Positions 37,591 through 50,724 of a stretch of DNA of 64,000 bases are shown here, one piece after another; the stretch's first letter is position 1; each line of letters begins with the position of its first letter. The notes under the pieces are model-generated. The model was given only the letters and a program-made list of their open reading frames with translations, had not been told where the DNA came from and did not search any database. The translations under genes and the position numbers were made by a program. This stretch comes from Centroscyllium fabricii (Eukaryota): the NCBI GenBank assembly GCA_051313645.2, contig JBNRSN020000021.1:35402001-35466000 (forward strand), written 5' to 3'.

Positions 37591-38568
37591 ATTTTTAAAC
37601 ATGGAGAGCAATGCAGTGAAACTGGATCGCCTCGATGTCAATCCTCAGGTGCCCGAAGCTGCTAACGACTTTGAACACTGGTTTGGCCTGGTCGAGGCCT
37701 ACATGAAGGCCATAAAGGCAATGAGTGATGAGGACAAACTCCAGGTACTCTCATCACGGATCAGCGGCCGGGTGTACTCCTTTATCCGCGGCCTTAAGAT
37801 TTACGAGGAAGCGGTCAAGAAACTAAAGGACAGCTACATGCGTCTGGTCCACTCAGTCTACGCCAGGCATGCACTGGTGACCAGTAGACAATGACTCGGT
37901 GAGTCTAATGGACAATTCCTGCTAGCGCTCCAAGCCCTCGTACGGGCCTGCGACTGCAAGGCAAGGACAGCGGAGGAAGAGGCAAAACTTCTAGTCCGCG
38001 ATGCCTACGTTGCAGGATTCAGATCCAGCCAGGCCCGCCAGTGGCTGCTGGAGCAGGAGACACTATCGCTCGAGTCCGCTGTAACTCTTTCAAATGCGGT
38101 GGACGGGGCGCTAAGAAGATGGACGCATACAGGGATCACGACTCCCACGCAAGTACACCTGACCCCTGGGCGACACAGAGGTGGGCCAAGGCCCCCACGG
38201 CGGCAGCGGCGGCTGCGAAGGCGCCGACAGGGCACAGATGCTTCTTCTGCGGCTAAGGAAAGCACCCACGGGCGCAGTGCCCCGCGAAGAATACGACCTG
38301 CGTGCGGTGCACGAAGAAGGGGCACTACGCTAAGGCGTGCAAATCCAGCCCAGCTTCCACCTCCAGACGCAACAGCGCGGCCTGTGAGAGCAGCGACGCA
38401 ACTCCGTGGCTACAGGTACGGTGTTGTATCGCGACCCAGCAACGGTCAGCCGGGGGTAAATCGCGGGCGCCTCCATCACCTTTAAATGTACGGCGGAGGC
38501 CGGCCGGCCGCGCGGCACAGGCGCTGCCATCCCAATCGCGACTGCGAACAGCCATGTGTGACCCCCGG

Positions 38569-38820
38569 CACCGCCATCTTGTCCACAGCGGTCGGCCGCG
38601 TGCGAACCACGGGCGCCACCATCTTGTCCACAGCAGCCAGCTGCGTGCGAACCACGGGCACCGCCATCTTGTCCACAGCGGCCAGCCACGTGCGAACCAT
38701 GGGCGCCGCCATCTTGTCCACAGCGGTCAGCCGCATGCGAACCACGGGTGCCGCCATCTTGTCCACAGCAGCCGGACACGTGCGGATCACCAGCGCCGCC
38801 ATCTTGTGAGCAGCCATCTT
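38569..38820 (+). repeat. 45-bp tandem repeat (6 units) between gag and protease, each with a CCGCCATCTT-type motif
   Basis: Motif at 38571, 38616 (ccacc variant), 38661, 38706, 38751, 38796; homologous array at 19305, 19350, 19395. Confidence 0.9.
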
Positions 38821-41356
38821 GCTAACTGCCCGGGCCGGGACCCCAGCTGGCGGAGGGCCCCCACACACACACATACACTTTGGCCTCAGCCACCGTCGAT
38901 CAGGCTAGGCCGCACACCTTGTCCAACTCCATGATGGGGATAAAGGTGGACAGGCAAGTCACAAACTGCCTGTTCGACACCGGTAGCACAGAGACTTCAT
39001 ACACCCTGACACAGTGCAGCGCTACGCACTACAGACCCAGCCCATGCACTACCAAATCTCCCTTTCCTCAAAGTCCCACACAGCGGACATCACCGGCTAC
39101 TGCAACGTCACGCTCACGATCAGGGACCGCATTTACCGCAACTTTAAGTTGTACGTACTCCAACAGCTGTGCGCCCCAGTATTACTGGGACTGGATTTCC
39201 AGTGTCACCTGAAGAGCGGGACGATGGATTTCGGAGGAACCCTGGCCCCCCTCACCGTCAGTAGCCGGGACAATCCCAAATTAACGCGGAGCTCGACTTG
39301 CGGCCTGTCCACATTAAAAGTCGACTCCCCCTCACAGTTTACCAATCTCAACCCCAAATGCAAGCCATGTTGCTACCAAAGGTCGGCGATACAGTGCAGG
39401 GGACCGGGCGTTTATCAGGTCGGAGGTCGAGCGCAAGCTGAAAGAAGGGATCATTGAGGCCAGCACCAGCCCCTGGCGGGCCCAGATCATGGTGGTTAAG
39501 ACAGGCGAGAAACTGTGCATGGTCATTGACTATAGCCAGATGATTAACCGCAACACCGGGCTCGACGCCTACCCCCTCCCCCACATCTCTGATATGGTGA
39601 ACCAGATCGGCCAGTACAAGGTCTTTTCCACAATCGACCTCAAGTCGGCGTATCACCAACTCCCCATCCGGAGCTCCGACCGCTGGTACACTGCCTTCGA
39701 GGCGAACGGCAGGCTCTACCACTTCCTCTGGGTCCCCTTCGGTGAAACCAACAGGGTGTCGGTGTTCCAGAGGGAGATGGACCGCATGGTTGACCAGAAC
39801 GGGTTGCAGGCCACTGTCCACTACCTGGACAACGTGACCATCTGCGGCCATGACCGGCAGGACGACGATGCCAACCTCGCCAAATTCCTGCACACGGCGA
39901 AACGGCTGGACCTAACATACAATAAAGACAAGTGTGTCTTTAGTACTGACCGGCTCGCTATCATCGGATACGTGGTGGAAAACGGGGTCCTCAACCCTGA
40001 TCCACAGCGTATGCGCCCCTTGCAAGAGCTGCCCTTACCTCACAACCCCAAAGCCCTGAGGAGATGTCTAGAGTTCTTTTCTTATTACGCGCAATGGGTC
40101 CCCCAGTACGTGGATAAGGCCAGACCCCTCCTCAAGGCCGATGTCTTCCCCTCTCGGCAGAGGCCTAAATGGCATTCGCTCGGATCAAGGAAGACATCAT
40201 CAAGGCGAACATGCATGCCGTTGATGAGTCCATCCCTTTCCAGGTGCAGAGTGACACTTCGGACTTCGAACTTGCCGCCACCCTGAACCAGGCAGGCAGG
40301 CCCGTAGCGTTCTTCTCCCGGACCCTACAGGGACACAAAACTCACCACTTAGCAGTGGAAAAGGAGGCCCAGGCCATCGTGGAGGCTGTGTGCTACTGGC
40401 GTCATTACCTGGCCGGTAAGCGTTTTACCCTGCTCACTGACCAACGGTCGGTAGCGTTTATGTTTAACAATAAACAACGGGGTAAAATCAAGAATGATAT
40501 GATCCTTCGGTGGCGGATTGAACTCTCGACTTACGAGTATGACATTCTTTACCGTCCAGGCAAGCTTAACGAACGCCCGGACGCACTGTCCAGGGGAACG
40601 TGTGCCATCGCCCAGCTTGACCGGCTGAAGGCCCTCCACGATCGCCTCTGCCACCCGTGTGTCACCAGACTCGCCCACTTCGTCAAATCCTGTAGCCTCC
40701 CCTACTCCATCATGGAGATTAAGGCTATGACCAAAGAGTGCCCTGTCTGTGCTGAGTGCAAACTCCAATTCTACAGGCCAGACACGGCGCACGTCATCAA
40801 GGCCACCCGCCCCTTTGAACGCCTGAACGTGGACTTCAAAGGCACCCTCCCCTCCACTGACCGCAACTCGTATTTCCTTACGGTCATAGACGAGTTGTTA
40901 CGTTTCCCCTTTGCCTTCCCCTGCCCAGATATGATGAGCGCAACAGTGATCAAACACTTCACCATGCTATTCGCCATTTTCGGTCTCCCCAGCTACATCC
41001 ATAGCGACCGGGGGTTGTCGTTCATGAGCGACGAACTGCGTCAGTTCCTGCTTCAGAAAGGGGTTGCCTCAATCAGGATGACCAGTTTCAACCCCCGGGG
41101 GAATGGCCAGGTAGAAAGGGAGAACGGGACCATCTGGAAAGTGGTCAACCAGGGCCTGAAGTCCAGAGGCCTTCCAGTCTCCCGTTGGCAGGAGGTCCTC
41201 CCAGACGCGCTCCATGCCATCTGCTCTCTGTTGTGTACCGCCACTAACGCCACACCTCATGACCTGTTGTTTTCCTTTCCTAGGAATTCGACTTCGGTGA
41301 CAGCACTCCCGCTGTGGCTGACAGCGCAGGGGCCAGTATTGCTTAGAAAGCATATC

Positions 41357-41432
41357 TGTGGCTGACCTGGCCTACAATACAGTACAGGTGAACCAGCAAC
41401 TATTTACAGTGGTATATTACACGATTACCACA
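41357..41432 (-). mobile_element. Inverted family A LTR U3 fragment
   Basis: Reverse complement tgtggtaatcgtg...ggtcagccaca matches the start of LTR 37339. Confidence 0.85.
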
Positions 41433-42378
41433 GGTGCGAGGCAAAAGCGGGGTGATAATGGGACAAGTAAAGAAACAAAAAGGTGGGTCTAGAGGAGCTG
41501 TAAATGGCAACAGCAGAATCGCCGGGATGGTGCCTGGAGGAGAGCTAGACCCCAGGCCTTGGGACGCTGCTCCGAAGTTTGGAACTCCGTGGATTCAGGG
41601 GAGCCGGCATGGTGTTGGGGCGAAAGGAGTCAACATAGAAACATAGAAACAAGGAGCAGGAGTAGGCCATTCAGCCCTTCGAGCCTGCTCCGCCATTCAA
41701 TGAGATCACGGCTGATCATCCAAACCCAGTACCCCGCCCCTGCCCTCTCCCCATATGCCTCGATCCCTATCGAGCCTGCATCAACACATATCCCACCCTA
41801 TCCCCGTAACCCCACATATTCAATCCCCCTAACACTAAGGGTCAATTTATCCTGGCCAATCAACCTAACCCGCACATCTTTGGACTGTGGGAGGAAACCA
41901 GAGCACCCGGAGGAAACCCACGCAGACACGGGGAGAATGTGCAAACTCCACACAGATAGTACCCGAGGCTGGAGTTGAACCCGGGTCTCCAGTGCTGTGA
42001 GGCAACAATGCTAACCACTGTGCCACCGTGCCGCTCAAGTCAAGAGAAACAGCAGCAGAACAAGTTAACAGAGCGGCAGAGGACAATTAACATCGAAGGA
42101 TCGGGACCCATGATGATGGTGCCGGAGAATGGCTGACGTCTTGCGGGCTCCGTGCGTGCTGGGCAGATTAATGTCCTTGTTGCGCGGTGCATTCGGATCG
42201 CAAATAAGCATTTCACTGTCTAGATTGTATTTAGTACATGTGACAATAAAATTCAACTTGAACTTGATTATCAACAGTTGCTGTCCAAAAAAATGGGAGC
42301 AATGGTTATGATCTAAAATTGTTGAACCCAGTGTTGAGTCTGAAAGGTTATAAAGTGCCTTATCGAAAAATGAAGCAC
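41433..42378. repeat. Penelope remnant (41433-41520, 42270-42378) split by a Rex-tailed insert and a V-SINE
   Basis: Similar to 55655-55850; insert ends aataaaattcaacttgaacttga. Confidence 0.55.
41633..42033 (-). mobile_element. V-SINE (HE1-like)
   Basis: Full-length reverse-complement copy. Confidence 0.92.
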
Positions 42379-42756
42379 TTTAGTATCAGGCAGGTGATTC
42401 TAAACCTTGCCATTCCACTGAATCTGTGGCCTCAGTGATCAGCGGAATGGCTGGTCTAATGGATTCTGAAAGCCTTCAAGCCAGTCGTTACCTTGGACTG
42501 GAAGCCACAATTAATGCTGCGCTCCACTTTGCGCTCGAATGCCTCAAGAGCTGTTTTTGTGGAGGTGGAGACACTAACTGGTCCCTGCCTGGGAATCTGC
42601 TGCAGATTCCAGTGGAGCTGACGCCTCACTCCACTGTTGCCCTGCTGTCCTCTGGGTCCAGACGGTGTCTGTGTAGTAGTCAGAATTCAGCACAAGTACA
42701 ATAAAAATATTGGTCAGACATACGGTGCAGTTAGGTGAACGTGAAGTGAGAGAGCC

Positions 42757-43378
42757 ATAGAAACATAGAAGATAGGAGCAGGAGTAGGCCATTCGGCCCC
42801 TCAAGCCTGCTCCGCCATTCAATGAGATCATGGCTGATCATCCAAATTCAGTACCCTGTCCCTGCCTTCTCCCCATATCCCTTGATTCTTTTAGTCTTCA
42901 GAAATATATGCACTCCTTCTTGAATATATTTCATGAATTGGCCTCTACTGCTTTCTGTGGTAGAGAATTCCACAGGTTCACGACTCTCTGGATGAAGAAA
43001 TCCCTCCTCATCTCTGTCCTAAATGGCTTACCCCTTATCCTTTGACTGTGATCCCTGGTTCTGGACTCCCCCGCCATCGGGAACATCCTTCCTGCATCTA
43101 GTCTGTCCAGTCCTGTTAGAATTTTATAAGTTTCAATGAGATCTCCTCTCATTCTTCTAAACTCCAGCGAGTATAAGCCCAATCGACCTAATCTCTCTTC
43201 ATACGTCATTCCTGCCATCCCAGGTATCAGCCTGGTGAATCTTCGCTGCACTCCTCCCATGGCAAGAATATCCTTCCTCAGATAAGGCGACCCAAACTGC
43301 ACACAATACTCGAGGTGTGGTCTCAGCAAGGCCCTGTACAGCTGCAGCAAGACATCCTTGTCCCTGTACTCGAATCCT
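42757..43378 (-). mobile_element. CR1 LINE 3' fragment
   Basis: LLRPHLEYCVQF...FFIQRVVNLWNSLP; CR1 tail. Confidence 0.92.
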
Positions 43379-44160
43379 CGCGTGCTGTTTATCCCCCAGT
43401 ATGCTGTTGAAGAGTGCAAGCTGAGCTGTCTTTTTGAAGGCTGCAGAAGAAGTTGCCAGGTAATTCAGCCATTTTACACAGGTTTTCTACCAATGCCTGC
43501 TGTTATGAGAATACACGAGTAGACCCCGGAAACCCGCATGTATCGCCCTCTACAGGCCACCGGCAGATGCAGTTTACTTTCGAAAGGAGGAGCAGCAGCA
43601 GCATATCTCCCTTTGGAGAAACTCTAGGTCCCCCATGTGTAAGTTTTATATTATGGGCACTGGTTCAGGCTTACCATTAGTAAGCAAAGATTTCCGTTGT
43701 TCAATATTTTTGTACTTGAGATCTAAGTTAGAAATTCTGTAACTGAGTGAAACCTGCGGGACTGACTTATGTTGCTGTTTAACCTCTAATTTTAATAAAT
43801 CTGCTCCGTAGTTTATAGATTAGGTCAAAGGTCTCATGGAGTATTTTTCTTCCACTCTCTGAACACAAGGGGTTTTCTGGCAGTTCATTTAGCTTTAACA
43901 GTAATGAGGGTGCTTGCCTGACCCCAAAACAACACATCATTACCAGCTATTGTGCTTGTACTTTGGTTCCAATCATTGGGAATGCAGCATTGTAGGAGTA
44001 CTTTATTTAATGCAAGTGAAATATCTAAATAAAGCCGACAAACGTAATGGCAAATTCACAATAATGGTATCCCCCCCCAATCCCAATCCGTCTGAGGTGA
44101 GTTTACCAATCTTCATTGTGGTGTCGGATTGAAACCGACTGTAGAAGAGGGGGAACGTAC

Positions 44161-47100
44161 TGTAATGTTATTTAAAGATCAGACGGGAGGCCAACACAAA
44201 GTTTCAACGGAGCTTCTTTAATCAGGTCTTATACACTGCCACTCCAAGCCTCAACTGAAGCATGGCTAAGATGGCGTCGGCTCCCGCCACTCAGGCGTGA
44301 CGTCAGACGTAGTCAAGCCTGTACTGTCTTTACGCCAGTCACAGCTATCCTTACATCTCCCCCCTTCAGGGAGTACATTGTACATAACACTTAATTGTAA
44401 TAACTCAATGAACACAACATATTTACAATAATATACATAGTCATTGTGACTTTCCATAGGAGCCCTTTTCCGGTACCCCTATAACTATTTACAGTTCCTG
44501 TTTTTTATTACAAGTCCATTCTAATCACAAGTCCATTCTAATGACCGGCCTTCTCGTCCTTTGTGACCTTCTTAGTGGGACCAGTATTTGTGGGGTATTT
44601 CCCATTCTGTCTCTTGTGTCCATCTCTGGACCACTCAGGTCCCTTGTTTCATGATCTGTCTGTTATGTTTCCCTCATCTCTTCCTCTTCTTCTCCCCCGT
44701 CTTGAGGGCAAAATGTCTCATTTGTTTTCAGAAGGTGCCTCTTGTTCCTGCGGTACGCCTCTCCTGTCTCAGTTATAACATTGTAGGATCTGGGAGCAAC
44801 CTACTGCAAGACTGTGGCCTTCTTTGACCATGACTCTGGTCCTTGAATCCGAACCATATCCCTTTCCTGTAATGGTGCTAACCTTGTAGCAGTCCTGACA
44901 TGGTATGCCTTTTAATTTAATTGCAGCATATGGTTCTGTCCGCCCACCCATAATTTCTTTGGTCTGGTGCAGCATAGCAAGGTATTCTTGTTCTTATTTT
45001 CATGCCCATTAAAAGCTCAGCTGGCCACTTGCCAATCATGCCGCCCCGTATGACATTATTGCCAGATACGGATCTGCATTCCTGCTTTCTGCTTTTTCAG
45101 TAGTCTTTTGACTATTTGCACCCCCTTTTCAGCCTTTCCATTTGCCTGTGGATAGTGTGGGCTGGAAGTTATATGTTTGAATTCATATTCGGAGGCAAAT
45201 GCCCGGAACTCCTGGCTGGCATATGGGAGTCCATTATCTGATACCAGAGTCAAGGGGATGCCCTGTCTGTAAAAAAACAATTTCAAATGTGTGATCACAC
45301 CTCTTGACGCAGTGCTAGACAACAGGGCTATCTCTGGGTAATTTGAATAGTAATCGATGACTAACAAATAGTCCTTTCCCCCAAAATGGAACATATCTGT
45401 TCTCACCTTTTCCCAAGGGTGGTTTGGAATTTCTGTGGTGATGAGGGGCTCCTGAATCTGTTTGTATTGATATTCCTGGCACGTGGCACACTCACTTATT
45501 AATTGATCAATGTCCGTATTCATATTTGGCCAGTACAGTGCCTCTCGTGCCCGCCTTTTGGATTTTTCTGCCCCCAGGTGCCCTTCGTGTAACCTCCCCA
45601 GCATCTCTGGTCTCATGGAGGTGGGCACCACTGATCTGTCCCCCTTGAGTAGGATTCCGTTTACTACAGATAGTTCCCCTGGTATCTGATAGTATTGCTT
45701 GCAGGACCTTCTTTTCCAGCCCTCTTGCAGTTTTTTCATTACATTTTTTAGTACTGGATCCATTGCTGTTTAATTTATTATCACTGCCAACTGCTGTGGT
45801 GAAGCTGGCAGTGCTGCGTAGACCATGTCTACGTGGAGATTCACGTCCTCCTCTGTCTCACTATTTTGTGTGGCACATAGTGCAGCTCTCGGCAGTGCAT
45901 CTGCAATGTACATTTGTGTCCCTGGCACATATGTCAGGTCTAAATCATAACGCTGAAGTCTCATCATCAAGTATTGTATTCTTGTATTCTTCATTGTATA
46001 AAGTTTTCTTTATAATTCCTAACAGTGGCTTATGGTCTGTTTCCAGTATAAATTTCGGTAGTCCATAGACATATGTGTGGAATTTTTCGCACCCAAATGC
46101 CAAACCCAGACATTCTTTTTCAATCTGTGCATAGCTGCACTCTGTGGCCATCATAGAACGTGACGCATATGCCACCGGCCTCCATTCTCCGTCGTCTTTT
46201 GTAGTAGGACCGCCCCGCGCCCATTCTTGGATGCATCGGTCGACACGTTGGTCCTTTTTTTTGGACAAAAGAATTTTAATAGGGGATTACTTGCTAAGAT
46301 CTGTAATAACCCCTTACATTCCTGCTCATGTCCGTGTCCCCATTGGAACTCTGTTTCTTGGTGCAGCAGCTTTCTCAGATGCTCAGTTTTTGTGGCTAGA
46401 TTCGGGTTAAATTTCCCTAGAAAGTTCACCATACCAAGGGCCCTCTGCACCACTTTTTTGTCTTCAGGCTTTTCCATGTCCTGAATTGCTTTAATCTTAG
46501 TCTTGTCTGGCTGTACTCCCTCTCTTGAGATCTTGTCTCCCAAGAAAGTTATCTCCTTTACTCTAAATTGGCATTTATCTTTATTTGATTTCAGTCCGTA
46601 TTGCTGTATCCTCTGGAGCATTTTTTCCAGCCTGCTGTCGTGCTCCTTTGTGTGGAGCCCCATACCACCATGTCATCCACATAGACCCGCACCCCTTCCA
46701 AGCCCTCTATAATTGTCTCCATCGCTCTGTGGAATATTTCTGAGGCTGAGCTTATGCCAAATGGCAGATGCTAATATGAGTATCTACCAAACGGGGTGTT
46801 AAATGTACACAGCTTGGCACTTTCGTCATCCAATTTCAGTTGCCAAAATCCATGGGAGGCCACCATTTTTGAAAATAATTTTGCCTCTGTCATCTCATTC
46901 ACTATGTCTTCTCTTTTGGGAATTTGATAGTGTTCCCTCTTTATATTGGTGTTAAGGTCCTTGGGGTCCATGCATACCCTCAATTTATCATTGCTTTTTG
47001 AGTTGATGCAGACCATTGAATTCACCCAATCTGTTGACTGCTCAATTTTTTTTTATCACAGCCCGAATTTCCATCCGATCCAGCTCTTTCCTCAGCTTCT

Positions 47101-47885
47101 CGCGGAGGGTCACTGGCACTCTCCAGGGTGCATGTATAACCGGTTGTGTATTGTCTCTTAATTTATTAGAGTACGTGAAGGGCAGCGCTCCAAACCCTTG
47201 AAATACATCCGCGTATCTCTGCGCAATATTGTATGAATTCATGTCCGAATTTTCTCGCAGGTCATTTCGTGATTCATTTCCTCCATTGACTGTGTAAACT
47301 CTTTTTACTGGACCTAAATCCATGCAGGCCTTATCTCGTAATAGTGATTTGTGCCCTTCTGGCACTATAACAAAAGTGAGGAAGTGCCTATGCAGTTTTA
47401 CTATCGGCCTCAATCTGCACATTCCTCTTGTCTCGATGTTTTGGCCATTCTAAGCCTTTAAGGACACAGTCTTGTTCATCATCTTAGGTTTCACTTTGAG
47501 TTTTTTTACATCACTGCAACTTATCAATTTCGCTTTTGCCCCTGTATCTAGCTTAAAGGAGATTACCATTCCATTTACTTGCAGGGGAGCTATCCTGGCC
47601 TCCTTGTTCGGCCCTCTGGGCTGTGCATCTTGCTGCATCATTCCCACATACCATGATTGAGCTCCCACTTCTTCAGTCTCCACTGCGTGCACCGCCTTTT
47701 TACTTTCACCTCTTTGCTCCCAAAAGCACATTTGCGCAAAGTGATTTCTGCCTTTGCATTTTGCGCAGCACTTCCCAAATGCCGGACACTGCCTGGCCCC
47801 TTGTTTGATTCAGCACCATTTGCTTTTGAATGCTGCCATTTTGTTGTACTCACTGGGCCCTCTGGGCTCTCTGAAATCATACACT
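44161..47885 (-). mobile_element. Decayed Ty3/Gypsy element (Mag/SURL-like): protease, RT, RNase H, integrase, PPT, 3' LTR
   Basis: FKLDTGA, LRVCMDPKDLN, YAQIEKECL, LHEGHLG...CATC, LVSDNG, AEKGVQ; PPT 44356-44367; LTR ~44161-44355. Confidence 0.9.
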
Positions 47886-47889
47886 GCCA

Positions 47890-50580
47890 TTAAACATACC
47901 AGGTTATTTAACGATCAGGAAGGACAGGCAGGAAGGAAGGGGCGGTGGGGTGGCTATGTTAATAAAGGAAGGAATCACTGTAATACAGAGAAATGATATT
48001 GGGTCAAAAGATCAGGATAATGAAACAGTTTGGGTGGAGAAAAGGAATAATAAGGGAAAAAAAACACTAGTGGGCGTAGTCTATAGGCCTTCAAACAGTT
48101 GCAACTCTGTTGGACGGAGTAGCAATCAATAAATAGTTGAGGCTTGTAATAAGGGAACATCTATAATTATGGGGCATTTTAACTATCATATAAATTGGAC
48201 AAATCAAATTGGGCAGGGCTGCCTTGAGGAGGAGTTCATTGAGTGTATTAGGGATGGGTTTCTTCAGCAATATGCAACTGAACCGACCAGGGGGCAAACA
48301 ACTTTAGATCTGGTTCTGTGTAACGAGACAGGATTAATTAATAATGTCCTAGTAAAGGATCCCCTTGGAATGAGTGACCATAACATGGTTGAATTCCATA
48401 TTCAATTAGAGGGTGAGAAGGTTGGATCTCAAACAAGCGTGCTAAGCTTGAATAAAGGAGACTATGAAGGTATGAGAGAGGAATTGATTAGAGTGGATTG
48501 GGAAAACAGATTAAAGGGTAAGATGATACATGATCAGTGGTGTACATTTAAGGAGTTACTTTACAACTTCCAAAAAATATATATTCCACTGAGAAGAAAA
48601 GGGTGTAAAAGAAAAGATAGCCATCCGTGGCTAAGCAAAGAAATTAAGGATAGTATTCAACAAAAAACAAGGGCATATAAGGTAGCCAAATCTAGTGGAA
48701 GGATAGAGGATTGGGAAAACTTTAAAAGACAGTAAAAAACAACAAAAAGATTGATTAAGAAAGGGAAGATAGATTATGAAAGTAAATTAGCAAAAAATAT
48801 AAAAACAGATAGTAAGAGTTTCTATAGTTATATAAAAAGAAAAAGGGTGGCTAATGTAAATGTTGGTCCCTTCGAGGATGAGACCAGGAAATTAACCAAC
48901 ACTTGAGAAACAGGGGGCTATAGGGGGGGAGGAGCTAAACACAATAAAAATCACTAAGGAAGTGGTACTCGATAAATTAATGGGGCTCAAGGCGGATAAA
49001 TCACCAGGACCTGATGGGTTACATCCCAGGATCTTGAGGGAAGTGGTGGTAGGGATTGTGGATGCATAGGTAATAATTTTCCAAAACTCCCTGGACTCAG
49101 CAAAGGTCCCAGCAGACTGGAAAACTGCTAATGTAACACCCTTATTTAAAAAGGGCAGTAGACAGAAGGCTGGAAACTATAGACCAGTTAGCCTAACATC
49201 TGTCGTGGATAACATTTTGGAGTCCATTATTAAGGAGACAGTAACAGAACATTTGGATAAACATAATTTAATAGGACAAAGTCAGCATGGTTTTATGAAG
49301 GGGAAGTCTTGTTTGACAAATTTGTTGGAGTTCTTTGAGGAAGTAACATATAGGGTGGATAAAGGGGAACCAGTGGACGTAGTGTATTTAGACTTTCAAA
49401 AGGCATTTGACAAGATGCCACACAAAAGATTGCTGATTAAAATTTTAAAAATCATGGAATTGGGGGTAATATTCTGGCATGGATAGAGGATTGGCTATCT
49501 AACAGAAGCCAGAGAGTTGGGATAAATGGTTCATTCTCAGACTGGCAATCGGTAACTAGCGGTGTTCCGCAGGGTTCAGTGCTGGGACCCCAACTCTTTA
49601 CAATCTATATTAACGATTTGGAGGAGGGGACCGAGTGTAACATATCAAAGTTTGCAGATGATACTAAGATGGGAGGGAAAGTAGTGAGGGAGGAGGACAT
49701 AAAAAACCTGCAAGGGGACATAGACAGGCTAAGTAAGTGGGCAGAGATTTGGCAGATGGAATACAATACTGGAAAGTGTGAGATTATGCACTTTGGCAGG
49801 AAAAATCGTAGAGCAAGGTATTATCTTAATGGCAAGAAACTGGAAAGTACTGTAGTACAAAGGGATCTGGGGGTCCTGGTGCACGAAACTCAAAAGGTTT
49901 GTATGCAGGTGCAGCAAGTGATTAAGGCAGCCAATGGAATGTTGGCTTTCATTGCTAGGGGGATAGAATATAAAAATAGGGAGGTATTGCTTCAGTTGTG
50001 CAAGGTATTGGTGAGACCGCACCTGGAATAATGCATACAGTTTTGGTGTCCATACCTAAGAAAGGACATAATCGCTCTCGAGTCAGTACCAAGAAGGTTC
50101 ACTCGGTTAATCCCAGGGATGAGGGGTTGAACATATGAGGAGAGGTTGAGTAGATTGGGACTCTACTCATTGGAGTTCAGAAGAATGAGGGGCGATCTTA
50201 TTGAAACATATAAGATTGTGAAGGGGTTAGATTGGGTGGATGCGGGGAAGATGTTCCCAATGATGGGTGAAACTAGAACTAGGGGGCATAATCTTAGAAT
50301 AAGGGGCTGCTCTTTCAAAACTGAGATGAGGAGAAACTACTTCACTCAGAGGGTAGTCGGTCCATGGAACATGCTGCCCCAAAAAAGCTGTAGAAGCTGC
50401 ATCATTACATAATTTTAAAACAGAAATAGACAGCTTCCTAGAAGTAAAAGGGATTAAGTGTTACGGGGAGCGGGCAGGAATTTGGACATGAGTCTAGGTT
50501 CAGATCGGTCATGGCCCTGTGGGTAGTGGAGCAGGCCCAGGGACCATGTAGCCTGATCCTGCTCCTATTTTGTGTGTCTA
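47890..50580 (+). mobile_element. Long CR1 LINE fragment (APE endonuclease and RT, decayed ORF2)
   Basis: LVGVVYRP, MGHFN, TLDLVL, SDH; QHGFMKGKSCLTNL, YLDFQKAFD, ISKFADDTK; 3' tail. Confidence 0.93.
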
Positions 50581-50619
50581 ATTCTGTTAGATTCAGGAGA
50601 TGGTTCTGTGATAGTAGAC

Positions 50620-50724
50620 TGGTGGTTAGGATCAGATCAGCCATGATCTTATTGAATGGCGGAGCAGGCTCGAGGGGCCGATTGGCCTACTCCTGCTCCT
50701 ATTTCTTATGTTCTTATGTTCTTA
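50620..50724 (+). mobile_element. CR1 3' tail fragment
   Basis: gatcagccatgatcttattgaatggcggagcagg...(ttcttatg)n. Confidence 0.8.

Larger units (their letters stand above)
37339..41362 (+). mobile_element. Gypsy family A element: 5' LTR and decayed gag-pol, 3' end lost
   Basis: LTR 37339-37576; gag ATG 37601; zinc knuckles; DTGS protease; RT IDLKSAYHQL...YLDN; RNase H RPVAFFSRTL; integrase HHCC and DDE. Confidence 0.93.

Noticed and set aside
38569-38820. CRISPR-like repeat/spacer appearance
   Set aside because: The spacers are homologous to each other. It is a 45-bp tandem repeat inside a eukaryotic retrotransposon, with no cas genes.
43430-43935. Possible solo LTR (AATAAA, ends ...aaca)
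   Set aside because: No second copy, TSD or clear 5' boundary in the window.
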